A stretch of 63,364 bases of DNA, counting the filler. It is 3 parts of 3 records of this genome, joined end to end, with 100 filler letters (N's around TTAATTAATTAA, not from the genome) between each part and the next. Parts side by side here need not be neighbours in the genome. Positions count along the whole stretch, not along the records: positions 54,830 to 63,364 come from SRR22947727_1073; 2 more parts are not named here. The stretch is one strand, 5' to 3'. A program made the translations under genes and the position numbers. The notes under the pieces were generated by a model. The model was not told the DNA's origin, searched no databases, and worked only from the letters and a program-made list of their open reading frames with translations. This document shows, piece by piece, positions 57,409 to 63,364 of this stretch (positions are counted from its first letter, which is position 1; each line of letters starts with the position of its first letter).

Positions 57409-59660
57409 TAAAATGTTGTTCCTAAGTTAAATCTAAAACTCTCAGTTTTATCAGTTGATTTTTTTGTAATAGGCTGAGTTAATGAAAAAGTTAATGGCCC
57501 CACAGGTGTCATTAAGTCTAAGGCTAAACCAGTAGAACTTCTAATTAAATTTGAATCATCAATAGTTTCACTATAATCTACCCCCCAAACATTTGCTAAA
57601 TCAACAAAAAAAGAGAAATCAATATTTTCAACTGTAGGTGTTATACCTGGTAAATTAGTAGAAAAATTAAGAGAGGATACATAGTTACCACCAATATAAT
57701 CTTTATTGTCATCAATTGGGCCTACTTTACGTTTCTCGAAACCTCTCAGTCTATTGTATGGTATAAAAGATCTTTTTGAAACTCTTACATCATCATTACT
57801 TAGTGACTGAACAGTATTAAAGTAAAAACTTGCTTTACCAACCATCCCTGATGTTTGATTTAAAGTTTTATATTTAGTAGTTATAAAAGTATTGTTCAAT
57901 TCATTATTTTCAGAGATTAATGGTAGTGTTTGATAAAAAGATATTTTTGATCCATCAGTTGGATTAAACTTAGAATTTCTTAAATCATAATTTAAACCAT
58001 AATTAAAATAGAAATCCTCATAAGATCCTTGTTGCTTTTTTAAATTTGCAGATGCAGATGAGTTAGTTGTTAAATCTTCTAAAGTAAATTCAACTTCAGG
58101 ACTAAAAAATAAATTTTCATACTGTTCAAAAGAAGTACCTAATGAAAATCCAGTTTCTGTTTGTTTATAACCAAAATCAGACAAATTGTCCTTTGTTATT
58201 GCTCTTATAGAGGTATTGAGAGTGTTGTCTGTATAATTGAAGTTTGGTTTAGAATAAACAAGTTGTCCTTTAATACTCTCCTCTGATATTTCAAGATTTG
58301 ATTTTAAATTAATTCCTTTACCCAAAAAATTTTTTTCAGTTATTCCAGCAGCTATTGTAGAGCCAGATGTCCCGTAACCAGCTCCCATGGATATTTCACC
58401 TGTTGCTTGTTCCTCAACAGTTATATTAATAATTTTAAGATTAGGGTCACTTCCGTCAACAACTTCTGATTTTACACTCTCAAAAAATCCGAGAGATCTA
58501 ACTTTATCTATTGATTTATTGTATAAAACTTCATTTAAAGGATCTCCTTCGTCAACAATTAGATTATTTCTTACAACTTCTTCAATTGTATTAAAATTTC
58601 CAAATATATTTACTCTTTCAACATAAAATTTTTGACTATCTTTCATGTTAAAAGAAAAATCTATTTTATCACCATTAACTAAACTTTCTTCGACACTCGC
58701 ATTGATAAAATCATATAAATTTAAAGATGCTATCTTATCAATTTCGTCTAAAATTAAGTTAACTCGATTTAAAGAATATTTTTTTCCTTTTAATTTCTTA
58801 AATAACTTGTCAATTTTTTTAAAATCTTTTCGATTATAATCTTCAGGTAAATTTAGAGTAAAGTCATTAAAATAAAATTTTTTTCCAGAGTCTATATTAA
58901 AAACTAATTTGAAAGACTCTTGATCATTTAATTCAGCATAAGAATTTAGTACTTTAATTTCATAATAACCTTCATTTTTATAAAAATTTTCTAAAAGTCG
59001 TTTATCTAAACTTAATAAACTTTCATTTAGATAAACTTTATTTGAAACAAATTTCCAAAATTTATGTTCTTCTGAGGCTATAACTTCTAATAATTTTTTA
59101 TCTTTAAATTTTTTATCGCCTATGAAGACTATTTCTTTAATTCTAGCTCTTTCACCTTGAGCTATATCAATTTTTAATTGAATTGAATTTAATTCTTCAT
59201 CTTTATTGACAGAAGTTTTGACATCGACAAAATAAAAGCCAGCTGCTTTATGAATATTTTCTATTTTTTTAATATCTTTTGCTAAAAGATTTTCTGTAAA
59301 AGACATTCTATTTTTAAGAAAAATTTCTTCAGTGAGATCCTCTAAAAACTGTTTGTTTTTAATACCGGTAATTTCGATGTTTTCAATAATAGGATTTTCT
59401 TCTACCTCGATGTTTAATATTTCTTTATTTATAGATAATGAAATATTGTTAAAAAAATTTGTATCGTATAATCTTTTTAATATCTCATTGAGATTTTTTT
59501 GATTTATTTCTTCATTTAACTGAATTTGTCCTAAAACAATAATTGTATCCTTAGATATTCTTTTATTTCCAATAGTATTAATATCCTTAATTATTTCAGC
59601 AGATACTGACGTAAAAAAAAGGAAAAAAGTAACTAATATTTTTATTAAATTTTTAATCAT
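57408..59660 (-). CDS. bamA: Outer membrane protein assembly factor BamA
   Basis: POTRA repeats (GNKRI, VEENP.I), LRGF, GGN, TPVGPL, C-terminal FRFNLGTTF. Confidence 0.95.
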   Translation of the reverse strand: MIKNLIKILVTFFLFFTSVSAEIIKDINTIGNKRISKDTIIVLGQIQLNEEINQKNLNEILKRLYDTNFFNNISLSINKEILNIEVEENPIIENIEITGIKNKQFLEDLTEEIFLKNRMSFTENLLAKDIKKIENIHKAAGFYFVDVKTSVNKDEELNSIQLKIDIAQGERARIKEIVFIGDKKFKDKKLLEVIASEEHKFWKFVSNKVYLNESLLSLDKRLLENFYKNEGYYEIKVLNSYAELNDQESFKLVFNIDSGKKFYFNDFTLNLPEDYNRKDFKKIDKLFKKLKGKKYSLNRVNLILDEIDKIASLNLYDFINASVEESLVNGDKIDFSFNMKDSQKFYVERVNIFGNFNTIEEVVRNNLIVDEGDPLNEVLYNKSIDKVRSLGFFESVKSEVVDGSDPNLKIINITVEEQATGEISMGAGYGTSGSTIAAGITEKNFLGKGINLKSNLEISEESIKGQLVYSKPNFNYTDNTLNTSIRAITKDNLSDFGYKQTETGFSLGTSFEQYENLFFSPEVEFTLEDLTTNSSASANLKKQQGSYEDFYFNYGLNYDLRNSKFNPTDGSKISFYQTLPLISENNELNNTFITTKYKTLNQTSGMVGKASFYFNTVQSLSNDDVRVSKRSFIPYNRLRGFEKRKVGPIDDNKDYIGGNYVSSLNFSTNLPGITPTVENIDFSFFVDLANVWGVDYSETIDDSNLIRSSTGLALDLMTPVGPLTFSLTQPITKKSTDKTESFRFNLGTTF

Positions 59661-59693
59661 AAAATATCGCTTTATATACCAGAAAAAATTGGT

Positions 59694-60857
59694 TTATATA
59701 CCTAAAGAGTCCATTTTAGATCTAACATAACCCCTTAAAGTATATATATCATCAACATTTTTCGCCTTTATTTTCTTATATTTTTGAAATTCTTTTAATT
59801 TTATTATTTTATTTATTAAATAGATTAATTTCTCAAAATTTATTTTTTTTTCTAAAAATTTAATAACTAAATAATCATTAACTGTTATCAAAACTGTTTC
59901 GAATAATGACGGATGTTTTGGTAAAATATCCAAAATTTTTACTAATGGAAATTTTAATAAATTAACTTTTTTTAAACTCAAATTATTTAAAAAATTGAAA
60001 TTTAAAGTATTAGATTTATAATTTTTATTTTCATCTAAATACAATGAATTAAAAATTGGAATTTTCATATCTGGATCATGAGCTAGAATTTTTGCTAGTC
60101 CATCCTTAAACTTAACAATTGCATGAATATAGGATCTTGGATGTGTTAAAATATTTATCTTTTTATAATCTAAGTTAAAAATATTTTTTGCTTCTATAAC
60201 TTCAAAGACTTTATTCATCAACGTTGCAGAGTCTATTGTTATTTTCTTTCCCATACTCCAATTAGGATGTTTAAGTGCATCGTTTAACTTTATTTTTTTG
60301 AATTTACTTTTTGGCAAATCAATAAAAGGTCCACCTGATGCTGTAATATAAATCTTTTCAATATTTCTTACGTTTTGACTTTGCAGCAGTGAAAAAATAG
60401 AAAAGTGTTCAGAGTCAACCGGAATAAATTTTGTTTTATTTTTTTGAAGTTCTTTTTTAATAAGTGGCCATCCACATATAATTGCCTCTTTATTTGCAAT
60501 TGCAATTAACTTTGTATGTTTAATTATTTTATGTGTTGGTAATAATCCACCAATACCAGAAATAGAGCTCATCACATAATCAGCTTTTTTTGGTAAAATT
60601 GTTTTTAAATCATCAAAGTTTTTATAAAGATTGATTTGTCTTCCTTTATAAAAGTTTTTTGATTTTTTGAAACTTTCCAAATCTGTAATGATTAAATTTT
60701 TAACATTAAATTGTTTTGCTTGATTAATTAGGCCTTTATAATTTGTATTAGCTGTTAATAATTCTATTTTAAATTTTTTTTTATCTTTTTTAATAATACT
60801 GAGTAGCGATTTTCCAATAGAACTTGTTGATCCTAGTATGACAATTTTTTTTTTCAT
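59694..60857 (-). CDS. dxr: 1-deoxy-D-xylulose-5-phosphate reductoisomerase
   Basis: LGST.SIG, ANKE, PVDSEH, TASGGPF, HPNWSMG.KITIDSAT.MNK. Confidence 0.95.
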   Translation of the reverse strand: MKKKIVILGSTSSIGKSLLSIIKKDKKKFKIELLTANTNYKGLINQAKQFNVKNLIITDLESFKKSKNFYKGRQINLYKNFDDLKTILPKKADYVMSSISGIGGLLPTHKIIKHTKLIAIANKEAIICGWPLIKKELQKNKTKFIPVDSEHFSIFSLLQSQNVRNIEKIYITASGGPFIDLPKSKFKKIKLNDALKHPNWSMGKKITIDSATLMNKVFEVIEAKNIFNLDYKKINILTHPRSYIHAIVKFKDGLAKILAHDPDMKIPIFNSLYLDENKNYKSNTLNFNFLNNLSLKKVNLLKFPLVKILDILPKHPSLFETVLITVNDYLVIKFLEKKINFEKLIYLINKIIKLKEFQKYKKIKAKNVDDIYTLRGYVRSKMDSLGI

Positions 60858-61522
60858 TAATATAAAGCCTTTAAAATTAGATAAGTTGCAGGAAAGGCAA
60901 AAATCATACCATCAATTCTATCAAGTAAGCCTCCATGGCCTGGTATAATTTTACCAGTATCTTTAATTTTAGATTTTCTTTTAAAGAAAGAGATAACTAT
61001 ATCTCCAAATTGACTTACTGTTGATATAAAAATTGTAAGAATAAAATTATTTAAAGAAAGTTCTTTAGCTGTAGTCTTAATATCAAAAATTTGTGAAATA
61101 TAATCAACATAGTTAAAAAAGAATGCCATGAAAATAATTGAAAATAAATATCCACCAATAACTCCTGAATAAGTTTTGTTGGGACTTATTTTAGTTAATT
61201 TTGGTCCCTTAAAAAAATTACCAAATATATACCCACCAACATCTGTAAAAGCACAAATAAAGATAATCATTATAAAATACAAGTAATCATCATAAAATCC
61301 ATTTCGAAAATAATATGCTGAATAAAAAGATAATATTAAAAAAATTATTCCAGGAATTTTATACTCTTTATTTTTTGACATATAATGCCATTCATAAATT
61401 GAGACAGATAAACAAATAAAAATAAAAAAATTAAAAAAATAAGTTCCTTTAATTATAAAAAAGAGAGCTGTAGGAATAAGCACAAGTGAACTTAATATTC
61501 TTTTTTGAAGTTCTTTTTTCAT
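60857..61522 (-). CDS. cdsA: Phosphatidate cytidylyltransferase
   Basis: D.GGY..G, KISPNKT..G, KRK..IKD.G..IPGHGGLLDRID. Confidence 0.94.
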   Translation of the reverse strand: MKKELQKRILSSLVLIPTALFFIIKGTYFFNFFIFICLSVSIYEWHYMSKNKEYKIPGIIFLILSFYSAYYFRNGFYDDYLYFIMIIFICAFTDVGGYIFGNFFKGPKLTKISPNKTYSGVIGGYLFSIIFMAFFFNYVDYISQIFDIKTTAKELSLNNFILTIFISTVSQFGDIVISFFKRKSKIKDTGKIIPGHGGLLDRIDGMIFAFPATYLILKALY

Positions 61523-62196
61523 TAAATATTTCCAAAATTTCTTTTTATTGATCTATAATTTTTAATTATCTTACTATAATCTTTTTCATCAAAATCAGGC
61601 CATAGCTTCTTTTCAAAGAAAATTTCTGAATAAGCTAGTTGCCATAAAAGAAAATTGCTTAATCTTTTAGTATTTCCTGTTCTTATTAATAAATCAGGAT
61701 CAGGAATATCTTTTGTTTGAAGATATTTATTCAAATTTTTTTCACTTATTTTAGTTTTACTTTTTTGAAGATTTTTGAATGCATTCAGTAGTTCAAATTT
61801 AGAGCCATAATTTAAAGCTAAATTAATTTGTAATTTGGTATTTTTAAATGTTTTTTTTTCAGATGAGTTTAATAATTTATTCAATTTATTTGAAAAACTT
61901 TTTATACCGATTATCTTTAATTTAATATTTTTATTATTAAGTTCATCAACTCTATTGCTTAAAAAGTTTTCTAATAGATTAAATAAATAATTAACTTCTT
62001 TTTTAGGTCTTTTCCAATTTTCAGTTGAAAAAGCATAGAGTGTTAAATACTTTATCTTTTGTTTTATCGTTTCCTTAATTATTTTTTCTACTGTATTTAA
62101 ACCAGCTTTATGACCAGCATTTCTAGAGTTCTTATTTTTTATACCCCATCTACCATTACCATCCATGATAATGGCTACATGATTCAGTGGGTTCAT
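61522..62196 (-). CDS. uppS: Undecaprenyl diphosphate synthase
   Basis: HVAIIMDGNGRW, YAFSTENWKRP, DLLIRT, RLSNFLLWQ.AYSE. Confidence 0.96.
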   Translation of the reverse strand: MNPLNHVAIIMDGNGRWGIKNKNSRNAGHKAGLNTVEKIIKETIKQKIKYLTLYAFSTENWKRPKKEVNYLFNLLENFLSNRVDELNNKNIKLKIIGIKSFSNKLNKLLNSSEKKTFKNTKLQINLALNYGSKFELLNAFKNLQKSKTKISEKNLNKYLQTKDIPDPDLLIRTGNTKRLSNFLLWQLAYSEIFFEKKLWPDFDEKDYSKIIKNYRSIKRNFGNI

Positions 62197-62744
62197 ATCG
62201 TCATTATTTCTTTTTCTTTTGATGAAACCTTTTCATCAACTATTTCTATGTGTTTGTCTGTAATGGTTTGAACATTTTTTTCAAAAGACTTTTCTTCATC
62301 TTCGCCAATTTCTTTTAATTTTAAAAGTTTTTTTAGCTCTTCATTTGCATCTCTTCTAATATTTCTTATTGAGATTTTGCATTTTTCCCCCATTGATTTA
62401 ATCATTTTTTTTAATTCAGTTCTTCTCTCCTCATTAAGTTCAGGCACAGGTAATCTGATAAGTTGACCATCTATTTGAGGGTTTAGACCTAATTCAGATT
62501 TTCTTATTGCAGCATCTACTAAAGAAACATTATTTTGATCCCAGATTTGTATATTTATCATTCTAGGTTCTGGAGTTGTAATACTTCCAACTTGATTAAT
62601 TGGCATCTGTTGTCCATAAACATCAACCTTAATAAGATCCAACATTGCAGCATTTGCTCTTCCAGTTCTCAATGAAGATAATTCTTTAGAAAAAACTTCT
62701 ATGGCTTTATCCATTTTGAGGTTATGTGATTTTTCATCAAACAT
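62193..62744 (-). CDS. frr: Ribosome recycling factor
   Basis: LRTGRAN, LGLNP..DG..IR, EERR, IRNIRRD, KEKEIM. Confidence 0.96.
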   Translation of the reverse strand: MFDEKSHNLKMDKAIEVFSKELSSLRTGRANAAMLDLIKVDVYGQQMPINQVGSITTPEPRMINIQIWDQNNVSLVDAAIRKSELGLNPQIDGQLIRLPVPELNEERRTELKKMIKSMGEKCKISIRNIRRDANEELKKLLKLKEIGEDEEKSFEKNVQTITDKHIEIVDEKVSSKEKEIMTI

Positions 62745-63364
62745 TTATTCCCCTATTTTAATTCTGCTAAACTCCTTGATTTTTAAATCATTAATAGCAA
62801 GTTCTTTTAAAACATCTTGAACTTTTTTTTTAGGTTCCATAACCCAGGCCTGTGTTAAAAGGGCATTTTCTTCTTTAAATTTGTTCATTTTGCCTAAACT
62901 AATTTTTTTTGCAATTTCATCTGGTTTTCCTAAATTTTTAAGTTCTTCAGTTACTAATTCTTGTTCCTTATTTATTACCTCTTTATCAATCAGATCTGTG
63001 TCTAGTGCCAAGGGGTTTGATGCAGCTATATGCATTGAAAGTTGTTTTCCAAAAGTTTTAACTGTATCTGAATTATCTTTTGTTTCTAAAGATACTACTA
63101 CTGCTAATTTAGCTAAATTATCTTTTACTACGGTGTGTAAATATTGATAATTAATTGATGAAGAATTTGAAATAGTTTTTGTTTTACCAATTGTGATTTT
63201 TTCACCAATTTTTGCAATAAGAGCTACTAAATTATCCTCAACAGAATTTCCATTTTTCATTTTTGCTAATTTTAACTTATCAATATTTGAGTCATTTTGA
63301 TTATTAATATCGCTTAATTCTTTAACAAAACTAATAAAATCTTCATTTTTAGCAACAAAATCAG
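62745..63364 (-). CDS. tsf: Elongation factor Ts, 5' truncated by window
   Basis: Frame open to window end (DFVAKNEDF), [27 protein letters not shown]. Confidence 0.93.
   Translation of the reverse strand, partial: DFVAKNEDFISFVKELSDINNQNDSNIDKLKLAKMKNGNSVEDNLVALIAKIGEKITIGKTKTISNSSSINYQYLHTVVKDNLAKLAVVVSLETKDNSDTVKTFGKQLSMHIAASNPLALDTDLIDKEVINKEQELVTEELKNLGKPDEIAKKISLGKMNKFKEENALLTQAWVMEPKKKVQDVLKELAINDLKIKEFSRIKIGE

Overview
An AT-rich, densely packed window from a streamlined marine alphaproteobacterium (Pelagibacterales/SAR11-like or AEGEAN-169/HIMB59-like; this is inferred from gene content and protein style). It is three contigs joined by artificial 100-bp N44-TTAATTAATTAA-N44 spacers at 26130-26229 and 54730-54829. 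Contig 1 carries the gap 3' end, efp, suhB, rpmE, trcR, a photolyase-ufaD/ufaO/ufaM-like-DUF2878 operon (candidate furan fatty acid / photo-oxidative stress module), rpmG, trhO and a large methyl-amine/C1 oxidation cluster (metF-like, fhs, soxBDAG, ETF-QO, etfAB, DMG dehydrogenase, GcvT-family aminomethyltransferase). Inside that cluster lies an unannotated candidate anti-Shine-Dalgarno sRNA with its own promoter, operator-like palindrome and terminator. Contig 2 carries a DEAD-box helicase, Tyr-type GST, Fe-ADH, SulP, SlyX, TauD, tRNA-Pro, a minimal TPP riboswitch with thiBP (no thiQ), nhaD, irr, acetoacetate-CoA ligase, qor, tRNA-Glu, recJ, hom, argC, rplM-rpsI, a green-type DTE proteorhodopsin, ihfA, plsX, rpmF, bamE, a K+-independent H+-PPase, thiL, nusB, ribH and ribB(X). 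Contig 3 is the tsf-frr-uppS-cdsA-dxr-bamA-skp-fabZ-lpxD-lpxA cluster. I saw no mobile elements, CRISPR arrays or rRNA genes. All calls come from motif recognition by eye; no searches were run.
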